Source of the DNA: Clostridia bacterium
GTDB lineage: Bacteria > Bacillota > Clostridia > Oscillospirales > SIG627
Direction of reading: 5' to 3'
Assembly: GCA_017520825.1 (NCBI GenBank)
Contig: JAFXEX010000002.1
Location: forward strand, 25,584 to 89,583
Length of the DNA: 64,000 nucleotides
In this document: piece by piece, positions 8,495 to 17,418 of the stretch
Layout: each line of letters begins with the position of its first letter
Numbering within the stretch: the stretch's first letter is position 1
The notes under the pieces: model-generated
What the model saw: only the letters and a program-made list of their open reading frames with translations
What the model was told of the DNA's origin: nothing
The model's database searches: none
Made by a program: the position numbers and the translations under genes

Positions 8495-9523
8495 TTAACC
8501 AACGATACCTGAACGCTCAATACCCTGAATGAGATATCTCTGCATATAGCTGTAGAACAGCATCAGAGGAAGGATAATCAAGAGACCGCAGGTATTCTTT
8601 ATACAGGACTCGTAAAGAGTCTTTGCAGTGAAGGAGTCGTCTGAAAGGCTTGACGGAACCTTAACAATTCTGGGCATCAGAATCGCACCTGACTGTGTAA
8701 AGAAGAGGTCGGTGTAGAAGTTGTCTGTCCACTGCCATGAGAAGGCAAAGAGGAAGATTGTAATCATCATGGGAACGGAGATGGGAAGAATGATCTTCAC
8801 AAACGTTCCGAAGGTGTTTTCGCCGTCGATGTAAGCTGCTTCTTCAAGCTCATCGGGAACGCCCTTGAAGAACTGTCTCATCATAAATATGTACAAACCG
8901 TTCTTAAAGGCAATACCACCCAATGAGAGAATAAACAAGGGCCAATAGGTATTGATTAAGTCTAACGACGAAGCTTCCAGATTGAACAGGTTGCTTATAC
9001 CTCCTACAATTCCGAATACGTCGAAGAACTTGAAGTTCATATACATAGAAAGCTTAACCGTATCGTGAGGAACAATCATCGTAAGGATAACTGCCATAAA
9101 TACAAGCTTGTTTCCACGGAATTTGAACTTTGCAAGTCCGTATCCGACGATTGAACAGATAAGCGTCTGCACCAATGCACAGAGTGTTGAAAGTACGAAG
9201 GTGTTGAAGAACGCTGTGAAATAGCTGTTCTCTCGGATAATATACTTGTAGGTGTCAAGCGTGGGGTATTTCGGGATAAGTCTTACCGTAGCGTCTACGA
9301 GGTCATCTCGGCTCATAAATGAACCGAAAATCTTAACAAAGAACGGGAAAATAATAATGTACGAAATACCAATGAGGAGTAAAAGTCTGAAAATTTTCCA
9401 AATTACCTGAACAAGAAAGTTTGTGGTAAGGTATTTAGCCTTCAATCTTTCCGCAAGGCTTGTTCTTTCAAACTCAACTCGGATTTTGCGTTTGTTATCT
9501 TTTAAAACCTTTGGTGAATCCAT
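8495..9523 (-). CDS. Carbohydrate ABC transporter permease (MalG/LplC-like), second pair
   Basis: 6 TM helices and an EAA loop (DELEEAAYIDGENTFGTFVKIILP); AGGGAGGAA RBS. Confidence 0.85.
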   Translation of the reverse strand: MDSPKVLKDNKRKIRVEFERTSLAERLKAKYLTTNFLVQVIWKIFRLLLLIGISYIIIFPFFVKIFGSFMSRDDLVDATVRLIPKYPTLDTYKYIIRENSYFTAFFNTFVLSTLCALVQTLICSIVGYGLAKFKFRGNKLVFMAVILTMIVPHDTVKLSMYMNFKFFDVFGIVGGISNLFNLEASSLDLINTYWPLFILSLGGIAFKNGLYIFMMRQFFKGVPDELEEAAYIDGENTFGTFVKIILPISVPMMITIFLFAFSWQWTDNFYTDLFFTQSGAILMPRIVKVPSSLSDDSFTAKTLYESCIKNTCGLLIILPLMLFYSYMQRYLIQGIERSGIVG

Positions 9524-9541
9524 TTACTATTTCCTCCCTTC

Positions 9542-10525
9542 TTAGTCTCTTCTCTGATAGAATATGTACATTGAAAGAAGTCCTGCAACAAGTGCGATCA
9601 TAATGACTACTATCAAGAAGTACATCCAGCTCATTGCAGAGCTGAGAACCTGTCCGTTAGCCGCTGACTTGTAAATATTGTCGATATACGACATAACCTG
9701 GTTGCTCTCTGAAGTAAAGGAGTCGATTACCGTATATACCGTGTTTACAAGAATCATAGGGCTTATCATCGGGAAGGTTATCTTCCAGAAGGTTTCCCAA
9801 GCAGAAGCACCGTCAATTCGGCAGGATTCGTAAATCGCCGGGTTAATTGACTGAAGACCTGCAAGGAATATAAGCATCTGTACACCCGAACGGTTTACAA
9901 TGTTATAGATGTCGTTTACAAGACCTACAACGTATTCAACCAGACCCTGACCGACCTTCATATTTGCAAACAGCTTCTGAATATCCATTGCTGAAATAAT
10001 TTCATTGGCTGTTGTCTGGCTTCCTTCGGCACCTGTTGAAATACCTTCGGTTGAGCCCATGTAATCCATCATGGAATTGGATTGGTCGATTGAGTCGATG
10101 ATACCCGTTGAAAGAATAACGGGTATGAAGAAGATTGCTCTGAAAAGCGTTCTTCCGGGCATCTTATCGTTAAGCATTATCGCCATAAAGAGCGAGAAGA
10201 TAACGATGGCGGGAATATCAAGGACAAGCTGTTTAAGTCCTGATATAAGGGTTGTAACGTATCCCGAATCGACAAACAGCGCCTCGGTGTAATTATCAAG
10301 ACCGATATAAATCAGATCATAACCACCGGAAGACTGAATTTCAAGCTCATGGAAGCTGAAACGTATTGAGTCGAATATTATGGGGATGTATACTGCTATA
10401 AAAACTACTACGAAGGGAAGGACAAACCACCAGCCTGCGCGAGCTTTTTTTCTGTCAAGTGACGCCGGCTTTTTCTTCTTGGTCTGTTTAGCCGTTGCTA
10501 CTTTAACCGTTGCATCTGCGTTCAT
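9542..10525 (-). CDS. Carbohydrate ABC transporter permease (MalF/LplB-like), second pair
   Basis: TM-rich, EAA-like loop YESCRIDGASAWETFWKITFPMISP. Confidence 0.85.
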   Translation of the reverse strand: MNADATVKVATAKQTKKKKPASLDRKKARAGWWFVLPFVVVFIAVYIPIIFDSIRFSFHELEIQSSGGYDLIYIGLDNYTEALFVDSGYVTTLISGLKQLVLDIPAIVIFSLFMAIMLNDKMPGRTLFRAIFFIPVILSTGIIDSIDQSNSMMDYMGSTEGISTGAEGSQTTANEIISAMDIQKLFANMKVGQGLVEYVVGLVNDIYNIVNRSGVQMLIFLAGLQSINPAIYESCRIDGASAWETFWKITFPMISPMILVNTVYTVIDSFTSESNQVMSYIDNIYKSAANGQVLSSAMSWMYFLIVVIMIALVAGLLSMYIFYQRRD

Positions 10526-10542
10526 TTTAAATCCTCCCTTTC

Positions 10543-13377
10543 TTATTCTTTAACAAACTCAGCGATTGTAACAACGCTTTCGTTTGCAGTAACTGTATCG
10601 TTTTCAAAATCTACCGTGTACTCGGTTTCTCCGTCGTTTACCGTTACGGTGTTCAGGTTATAGTCAAGAACAATGGTGATACCGTTGTCATAAACCATTT
10701 CTACAACTCTGAATGACGTAAAATCGTGTGAAACGACAAGAGCATTCTGTACAGGCTTCATAATCTTATCAACTATCTTATAAGTCTCTACCATATCGTT
10801 ATACCAGATGTCGTATCTGATAGAGTAATACTCTTCGCCACCGTAATTCGTTTTAAGTGTTGAGGTATTCTCATAAGAAAGCAGGAAGAAGAGATTTGCG
10901 CCGTTTTCAATAGTCTTGAGTATAGAGTTATTGAAGTCACCTGCAAGGTTGATTGCAGAGCCTGCAAAGCTCTTATAGCCGTGGAATACAAGACCTACGA
11001 GAGGTATAGCTTCACTTGCTACGTAACGGTTGCTACTGTCAAGGGGAACGTTGAGAACGTCTGTTGCATACTGCATAGTGTATGCGTTACCCTGGTCAAC
11101 CATAATATCGTAGCCGTCTTCCTTAATGGCTGAAAGGAATTCCTGTACTCTTTCCTTAGAGTCTTCACGGTTAAGTGAATTTTCCTTATTATGGTCAGAG
11201 TTGAGGTCTGAACCTATAGTGGAAAGAGAAATAGTTCCTGTGCCTAAATCGGCATACTTTTCCTTGAAGAGATTGTAGAAGTCAAGAATCTTGTTAGGCG
11301 AAATGAGAAGTGATTCGTCATTCATAAACGCCTGATATACGGGTGAATAAGATCTGTGAGATGCTGAACGGTTGTCAACAGTCTTTACAGTGTCCTTTTT
11401 GATGTTGAACTTATCGCCTGAGCCAAACTCTGAAATGTAAACGAAATCGTAATCGGGATAAATCTTTACGCCGTTTTCGTTAGCATATTCTACAAGCTCT
11501 TTAAGACCGTCGTTGCCACCCAAAACCTTTTCTACCTTAGCCTTTGTGGGAGCCTTGGCTTCAAGACCACCGTTTGCCCAGCCTGTGTATCTGATAGAAA
11601 GGTTTGTAACTCCGTCCTTTTTGAGATCGTCAATCATTATCTTTGCGTCCTCAAAGGATGTGAGAGGCTTCTTTACGGCTACGGGAACACCAAGAACTCT
11701 TTCGTTGGTTTCAACTGCCCCGAAGGTCTCTAAGTAAAGCTCTGTGTCACCTTCATATTTCTGTCTTTCAAGCTTACCGTTCTTTTCAAGGTAATTACGG
11801 TAAATGGTCGCCATATTTACGTAATTGGCGTCATCACCGTTCAACATAATGTACTTGATTCGGTAGTTGCCCGTGTATTTCTTATCCGTTTCAACAGTCC
11901 AGGTTGCAGTAAGTCCCGAAACCGAGATACCGTCAAGAGGATAAGTGTCCTTGGGTCTGGGGTAAACGTTGATAGAGGTTGCAAAATACTTGCTCAATAT
12001 ACCACCCGATGCAGTGGTGATTTCTGCAAGGGAGTCACCCTCGGTTATAATAGCAAGGTAGCCCTGTGAATCATACTCGGTTACCGTTACCATATCAACC
12101 GAACCGTCTTCCTTAACTATAACCTCGTCCTTTTCAGTGGCTTTTCTTTCTACCATTCCGAAAATGGGAAGCGTCCAATTTTCCATATTGGCTACGCTCT
12201 TTTGTGAGTAGAAGGAATAGTCCTCACCGTAAAGACGGTTTGTAATAGTAGTAGCAACGTTTGCTGAAGTATCTTCAAATCTTACAAGCGTTCCTGATCC
12301 GTCGGGAAGAACTACGTAGCCCTGCTCGGACTGATTGTAGGCTCCAAAGTAAGGAAGAATCTTGATGTTTGTAAGAGAATACTGCTTAGCGTCGTAACGA
12401 ATACCTCTTGCAGGAAGTCTTACCTCAAGTCCGTCTTCTGTAAGATAGTATTCAAGAGCCATACGGAATACAGCAGGGTTCTTTGTAGAGCCTGTGTATC
12501 CTGTAAGGTCGTGGTCGTAAAGAACGTCGTCGTAGGTGTAGTTCGTATACGTTGTGATGAATTTCTCAAACATATTAAGCTCACGCTGAACGTTCGCTAC
12601 GGTGGGGTCAATTACGTAGACAGCCATCTGTCTTGTAATGGGAAGTGTGTTATAAAGAGTCTGAATTTCATTTTGTGAAAGTCCGGGCTGGTTGGGGTCC
12701 TTGAGCAGATAGTACGACTTAAAACGATTGTACATATCCGTTTCGCCCGACTCAGCAAGAGGAGCAAGCACGTATTCCTCAAATCTTGATTTTTCAATCA
12801 TCATAGGAATAGTACGCTTTGTCGTTCCCTGACCTATGGTGTACTCAACTCTTATACCACCTCTGATTTTTGTCATGGTGATCTGATTGAGAAGTGCTGC
12901 CATAGAATATGAGGTCATGGACTTATCTTCGCCGTTATCGTTATAGTTTACGATAAGCTGGCTGAGAAGCTTTTCTCTCTCTGTGGACTTATTGCTTGTT
13001 GAAGCAACGTCGTAAGGGTTGGTAGAAAGATACTGACCTGTAGTTGTATTTACTACCTGAACCTCACCGGTTTCCTTCTGGTAGTAAAGATCGTAACCGA
13101 AATCGGAGTAAACAAGCTCCATGGTTGCCAGCTTTTCTTCATTGGAGGAATACTTCTTTGTGGTATAATCCTCGCTGAGAACCGTTACGGTAGAGGTCTT
13201 ATTCTCTTCTTGCTTTTCTTCCTCTTCGGCTTCTTCCGTTTCGTCGTTTGCAGTAGCTTCAACGGGCTTAGGTCCGTCTTCACCGTCAGCAAGAACAGGA
13301 AGTGCAACCAGCGATGAAAGTGTGCCAAGCATCATAATAAATGCAAGCAACATCGCAATGAATTTTATGTTTTTCAT
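10543..13377 (-). CDS. Large secreted protein of unknown function (944 aa; resembles what I recall as DUF5696)
   Basis: N-terminal signal peptide (MKNIKFIAMLLAFIMMLGTLSSLVALPVLADG) and an acidic linker. No catalytic motif that I can name. The family assignment is from memory and unverified. Confidence 0.6.
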   Translation of the reverse strand: MKNIKFIAMLLAFIMMLGTLSSLVALPVLADGEDGPKPVEATANDETEEAEEEEKQEENKTSTVTVLSEDYTTKKYSSNEEKLATMELVYSDFGYDLYYQKETGEVQVVNTTTGQYLSTNPYDVASTSNKSTEREKLLSQLIVNYNDNGEDKSMTSYSMAALLNQITMTKIRGGIRVEYTIGQGTTKRTIPMMIEKSRFEEYVLAPLAESGETDMYNRFKSYYLLKDPNQPGLSQNEIQTLYNTLPITRQMAVYVIDPTVANVQRELNMFEKFITTYTNYTYDDVLYDHDLTGYTGSTKNPAVFRMALEYYLTEDGLEVRLPARGIRYDAKQYSLTNIKILPYFGAYNQSEQGYVVLPDGSGTLVRFEDTSANVATTITNRLYGEDYSFYSQKSVANMENWTLPIFGMVERKATEKDEVIVKEDGSVDMVTVTEYDSQGYLAIITEGDSLAEITTASGGILSKYFATSINVYPRPKDTYPLDGISVSGLTATWTVETDKKYTGNYRIKYIMLNGDDANYVNMATIYRNYLEKNGKLERQKYEGDTELYLETFGAVETNERVLGVPVAVKKPLTSFEDAKIMIDDLKKDGVTNLSIRYTGWANGGLEAKAPTKAKVEKVLGGNDGLKELVEYANENGVKIYPDYDFVYISEFGSGDKFNIKKDTVKTVDNRSASHRSYSPVYQAFMNDESLLISPNKILDFYNLFKEKYADLGTGTISLSTIGSDLNSDHNKENSLNREDSKERVQEFLSAIKEDGYDIMVDQGNAYTMQYATDVLNVPLDSSNRYVASEAIPLVGLVFHGYKSFAGSAINLAGDFNNSILKTIENGANLFFLLSYENTSTLKTNYGGEEYYSIRYDIWYNDMVETYKIVDKIMKPVQNALVVSHDFTSFRVVEMVYDNGITIVLDYNLNTVTVNDGETEYTVDFENDTVTANESVVTIAEFVKE

Positions 13378-13397
13378 TATTTTTCCTCCTGTTCAAA

Positions 13398-15533
13398 TTA
13401 CATTCGATACGAAAGCTCGACGTAAATGTTATATACGAATGATACTATCTTCGCAACAAGTCCCGAGAAGAGAACTCCAAGGAAGATGATAATCGCCATA
13501 CCGACGATGGTACCGATACAGGTAATTACGTTCTTGCCGAGAGCATAATCGTGAATTACGCTCATTGCAAAGAATATAAGGAAGCCTGCCCATACAAAGC
13601 CGATAGCGTTAATAAGTGTTACGATAGAGCCTTCTTCGAAAAGAAGTACGTTTGTGATAGCCGTTGAAGGAATCATCATAATGGGTATAGGAAGCATTGC
13701 ATAGCCTGTTGCCATAAAGATGTCCTTCATACTTCCCTCACCCTCAAAGAGAGTGGTGAGACACCAGTTAGAAATACACCAGAGAACGTAAGGCAGAATA
13801 ACGCCTATCGCTTCGGCTATATAACTGATACCTTCCGAGTAGGGATTGAAGATGTATGCCGTACCCGATGATTTGTAGATAAATCCAATAATAGTTAAAG
13901 CAACTATTGTAAGGGATGCTGCCATACTTCCTCGCTTTTCGTGCTTCATATCCCAGAAGCCGTCAAAGGGATGGAAAATAATATGGAAGGCGTAGAGGAA
14001 GGTTTCCTTGAAGCTTCTCTTGGACTTCATCTTCTGTCCTGCTACGTTTACCTTATTGGCATACTTGAGGAATTTTCCAACGAGCACGAAGAAAACGATT
14101 ATTACGATGGGAACCAGAAGAATCCATTTCTCCATCCAATCTTTTCTTATCTGCTTAAATGCATTTGAGTAATCTTCAACTGCATAAGCGTATTTGTACA
14201 TATCCATTGCTTCTTCATACTTACCCTGACGGTAGTAGCTATCGCCTATACCGATGTAAGCCATGTCGAAGTTGGAGTTTCTTTGAAGTATCTTTTCCCA
14301 ATATACAACTGCCTGGTCATAGTTTCTGTCTTCTGTGTTCTGAAGAGCTTCTACAAGCAGGTCGCCGTATTCTGTGCGCTTATATATTGTGATAGTATCG
14401 TTTGATTTATCAAGGATGAGCAACTCGTCACCCTTATAGCAAATAGACTGAATATTCGCTATATTACCAAGCTGTGAGCCCTTATCTCCAAAGATGTAGA
14501 GCAGGTCACCGTCCTGGTTGTAGGTGAATACCTTACTTCTCTTTTCGTCGATAATCGACCACATTCCGGCAGAGCCGAGCGCTACGTCGATAACCTTTGA
14601 GGGACCCGTAATTGTAACGTTGTCCATCTCTACGAGCATTACCTGTACTTCACCTGAAGGAGGATAGAAGCCATTACGGTTCATAATATCCTGTCCGTTG
14701 GGGTTGAGCTTCTTAACAGGAGCGTAGTCGGCTGATTTACTCTTAGTGTCAATAGCCTCTTGCTGTGAATTAGCGTCAATGGTAGAGGTTGTAACGTAGA
14801 TGAATCCCGTTTCATCAATGGTCATATTGTTATACTCAGTAGGAACGTACTGCGTGCTCTGAGCTCTCTGTGCCTTTGTCTGGAATCGTCTCCAGAAGAT
14901 ATCGAAGGCAGAGGGAGTTGTCTTCTGAGCGCCGAGGAAGCCAAGGAAGGTACCGTCGGCATTCATTGAGATAACACCGTAGGTTGTGGTAGAAGATACA
15001 ACGTAAATTCTTCCTGCCGTATCAACCGAAACAGCAACGGGTGTGTAAATGTGTCCTTCGGGGAATACGTCGCTTTCAGGCTCGGGAATTATTCTCTTGA
15101 AGGAGCCGTCAGCTCTTGAGAAAACTACTATTCTGTGGTTCTGGGAGTCTGCAACGTATATTTCAATCTCGTTAACGAAAACACCCTCAGGAGCGTTAAG
15201 CATATCATATACGCCGTTTTCGTTATAGAAAGCAGAAATACCGTATTGAGTTTCCCACTTATCGTTGATTACAACGATTCTGTTGTTTTTTGTGTCTGCT
15301 ATGTAAACCCATTCGTGAGAATCTACAAAGATATCGTTGGCACTGCTTAACGGTGTTTCCAACGTCAGGTCAGTGGAATCAATGAGCCTGTCGGGAACGT
15401 AAGCGTCGGGAGAAAGTGCCATAAAGCCGTCGATGTCATAGGTGTAGGTTGCATAGGGCACGGCAGCGAATACGCTGGGTGCAAGAATAACTGCAACGAG
15501 AAGGGCTAAGAGAACTATTTTGATTTTTTTCAT
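13398..15533 (-). CDS. Signal peptide + NHL-repeat beta-propeller + TPR + C-terminal Yip1-family multi-pass membrane domain (711 aa)
   Basis: Repeated NNRIVVIN / NHRIVVFS / GRIYVV NHL-like blades; TPR-like YDQAVVYWEKILQRNSNFDMAYIGIGDSYYRQGKYEEAMDMY; then about 6 TM helices with a Yip1-like organisation. Confidence 0.65.
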   Translation of the reverse strand: MKKIKIVLLALLVAVILAPSVFAAVPYATYTYDIDGFMALSPDAYVPDRLIDSTDLTLETPLSSANDIFVDSHEWVYIADTKNNRIVVINDKWETQYGISAFYNENGVYDMLNAPEGVFVNEIEIYVADSQNHRIVVFSRADGSFKRIIPEPESDVFPEGHIYTPVAVSVDTAGRIYVVSSTTTYGVISMNADGTFLGFLGAQKTTPSAFDIFWRRFQTKAQRAQSTQYVPTEYNNMTIDETGFIYVTTSTIDANSQQEAIDTKSKSADYAPVKKLNPNGQDIMNRNGFYPPSGEVQVMLVEMDNVTITGPSKVIDVALGSAGMWSIIDEKRSKVFTYNQDGDLLYIFGDKGSQLGNIANIQSICYKGDELLILDKSNDTITIYKRTEYGDLLVEALQNTEDRNYDQAVVYWEKILQRNSNFDMAYIGIGDSYYRQGKYEEAMDMYKYAYAVEDYSNAFKQIRKDWMEKWILLVPIVIIVFFVLVGKFLKYANKVNVAGQKMKSKRSFKETFLYAFHIIFHPFDGFWDMKHEKRGSMAASLTIVALTIIGFIYKSSGTAYIFNPYSEGISYIAEAIGVILPYVLWCISNWCLTTLFEGEGSMKDIFMATGYAMLPIPIMMIPSTAITNVLLFEEGSIVTLINAIGFVWAGFLIFFAMSVIHDYALGKNVITCIGTIVGMAIIIFLGVLFSGLVAKIVSFVYNIYVELSYRM

Positions 15534-15548
15534 TGTCTGTCCTCCTCC

Positions 15549-16421
15549 TTAATCCTTCATACCTGACGATGACATCGTCTCGATAACGTTACTCTGTGAA
15601 ACGACGAATACCAAAATGGGAACTACCATCATAACAACCGTTGAAGCAGCACTTGCGCCTGCACGGGCAATACCACCCGTTACTATCTGGCTTATCGCAT
15701 AGGGGAAGGTTTTAAGCTCTTCGCTGAATACGTAAACCGATGCGCCCTGATTCCAAAGTCCCTGGAAGGAGAATATGATCAGTGTGAGCCAAGCAGGTTT
15801 TACCATGGGCATTACCAGAGTCCAAAGGATATTCCATTCAGATGCACCGTCGAGACGGGCAGATTCAAGAACTGAATCGGGAACTGAAGTTTCCATGAAC
15901 TGCTTCATAAGGTAAAGACCAAGTGATGAGCCCATTGCAGGGATAATTATTGCAAGATAGGTATCAACCATTTTGAGTGCTGACATTGTAATAAAGTTTG
16001 TGATACCTGCAACCGTTGTGTTGAACATCAGTGAATAAACGATGATGTTGAAAAGCACTTTTCTTCCGGGGAACTTAATCTTAGCAAGTGAATAAGCAGC
16101 AAAGGAAGAAAGCATTACGTTACCGAACGTACCGCAGGCGGAGATGAATACCGTGTTGAATATGTATCTTGAGAAAGGAACCCAAGAGGTAGACATCAGC
16201 GAGAACAGGTCGGTAAAGTTCTTTGCCGTAGGATTAACTACGTAAAGTCTGGGGGGGAACATCCATAACTCGTTCAAGGGCTTAAGAGCTTGTACGATAG
16301 TGTAATACATGGGGAAGAACATGAATACGCCAAATACCAACAGAACGCCGTTGATACTCAAATCTCCTGCGAAAGAACGGTTAAGAGCATGATTATGTTT
16401 TTTAATTCTTAACTTTGACAT
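15549..16421 (-). CDS. Carbohydrate ABC transporter permease (MalG-like), first pair
   Basis: EAA loop LESARLDGASEWNILWTLVMPMVKP; the start lies 1 nt after the upstream stop. Confidence 0.85.
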   Translation of the reverse strand: MSKLRIKKHNHALNRSFAGDLSINGVLLVFGVFMFFPMYYTIVQALKPLNELWMFPPRLYVVNPTAKNFTDLFSLMSTSWVPFSRYIFNTVFISACGTFGNVMLSSFAAYSLAKIKFPGRKVLFNIIVYSLMFNTTVAGITNFITMSALKMVDTYLAIIIPAMGSSLGLYLMKQFMETSVPDSVLESARLDGASEWNILWTLVMPMVKPAWLTLIIFSFQGLWNQGASVYVFSEELKTFPYAISQIVTGGIARAGASAASTVVMMVVPILVFVVSQSNVIETMSSSGMKD

Positions 16422-16422
16422 A

Positions 16423-17376
16423 CTACTGACCTACCTTCGACAAAAGTTTTTTGATTACCATGTTCGATCCAATCATCATGAAGAAGAGGACCGTAGCAAT
16501 GGCTGACGCATAACCCATCTCGAAACGCTGTCCGCCGTAGTCGTCGAGGTGGTGCATAATTGTATGAGCACAATACTCAGGGCTGGGGAAGCCTACAAGT
16601 GCAGTGATAATTGCACCGAAACCGAATGATGAGGTGATAGCCATAACCGCACCGAACATCATCTGGGGCTTCATTGAAGGAAGTGTGATGGACCACAATT
16701 CCTGCCATCTGTTTTTAATTCCGTCCATAGCTCCCGCTTCATAAAGGCTTCTGTCAACAACCTGGAAACCTGCTATGAAGGAAAGGAAGGAGGTACCAAG
16801 GCTCGTCCACAATGCAACTACGATAACGAGAGGCATTATGTAAGAGGTGTTGGTAAAGAACTGAATAGGTGTGCTTATAAATCCTGTTTCAATAAGGAAC
16901 GCATTAACGAGACCGTACTGGTCACCAGAGAAGAGTGTTGTCCAGATAAGGTAAACGTTACCCGAAATAGAGGGTGCGTAGAATATAAGTGTTACAAGCG
17001 CTCTCATCTTGGGTGACAGCTCGTTGATGAACCATGCAAACAAGAGTGAGAGAAGATAGGATACAGGTCCTGTGATAGCTGCGAATATCAGCGTGTTCTT
17101 AACGGCGATAAGGAAAATATCGTCATCGAGGAAAAGTCTGATGTAGTTATCCATGAACACGAAATCGGGAAATTCCAGCATATTGAAGTTTGTCAAGCTG
17201 ATAACCAGTGACAAAATAACGGGAAGAATCGTAAACATTGTGAAGATGATATAGAAGGGTGCAAGCAACAAATAAGCTACTTTGTTCTTCTTCATCTCGT
17301 GCCACGTGTACTGTGCCTTTGACATTTCATGAGGCAACAGGCGTCTCTTGGCTTCCGCAGTCTTTGAATTTGCCAT
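16423..17376 (-). CDS. Carbohydrate ABC transporter permease (MalF-like), first pair
   Basis: EAA loop YEAGAMDGIKNRWQELWSITLPSMKP; 6 TM helices. Confidence 0.85.
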   Translation of the reverse strand: MANSKTAEAKRRLLPHEMSKAQYTWHEMKKNKVAYLLLAPFYIIFTMFTILPVILSLVISLTNFNMLEFPDFVFMDNYIRLFLDDDIFLIAVKNTLIFAAITGPVSYLLSLLFAWFINELSPKMRALVTLIFYAPSISGNVYLIWTTLFSGDQYGLVNAFLIETGFISTPIQFFTNTSYIMPLVIVVALWTSLGTSFLSFIAGFQVVDRSLYEAGAMDGIKNRWQELWSITLPSMKPQMMFGAVMAITSSFGFGAIITALVGFPSPEYCAHTIMHHLDDYGGQRFEMGYASAIATVLFFMMIGSNMVIKKLLSKVGQ

Positions 17377-17418
17377 TGTTTTCTCTCCTTTTTTTATATA
17401 TTTTAGCTGCGGCTGTCT

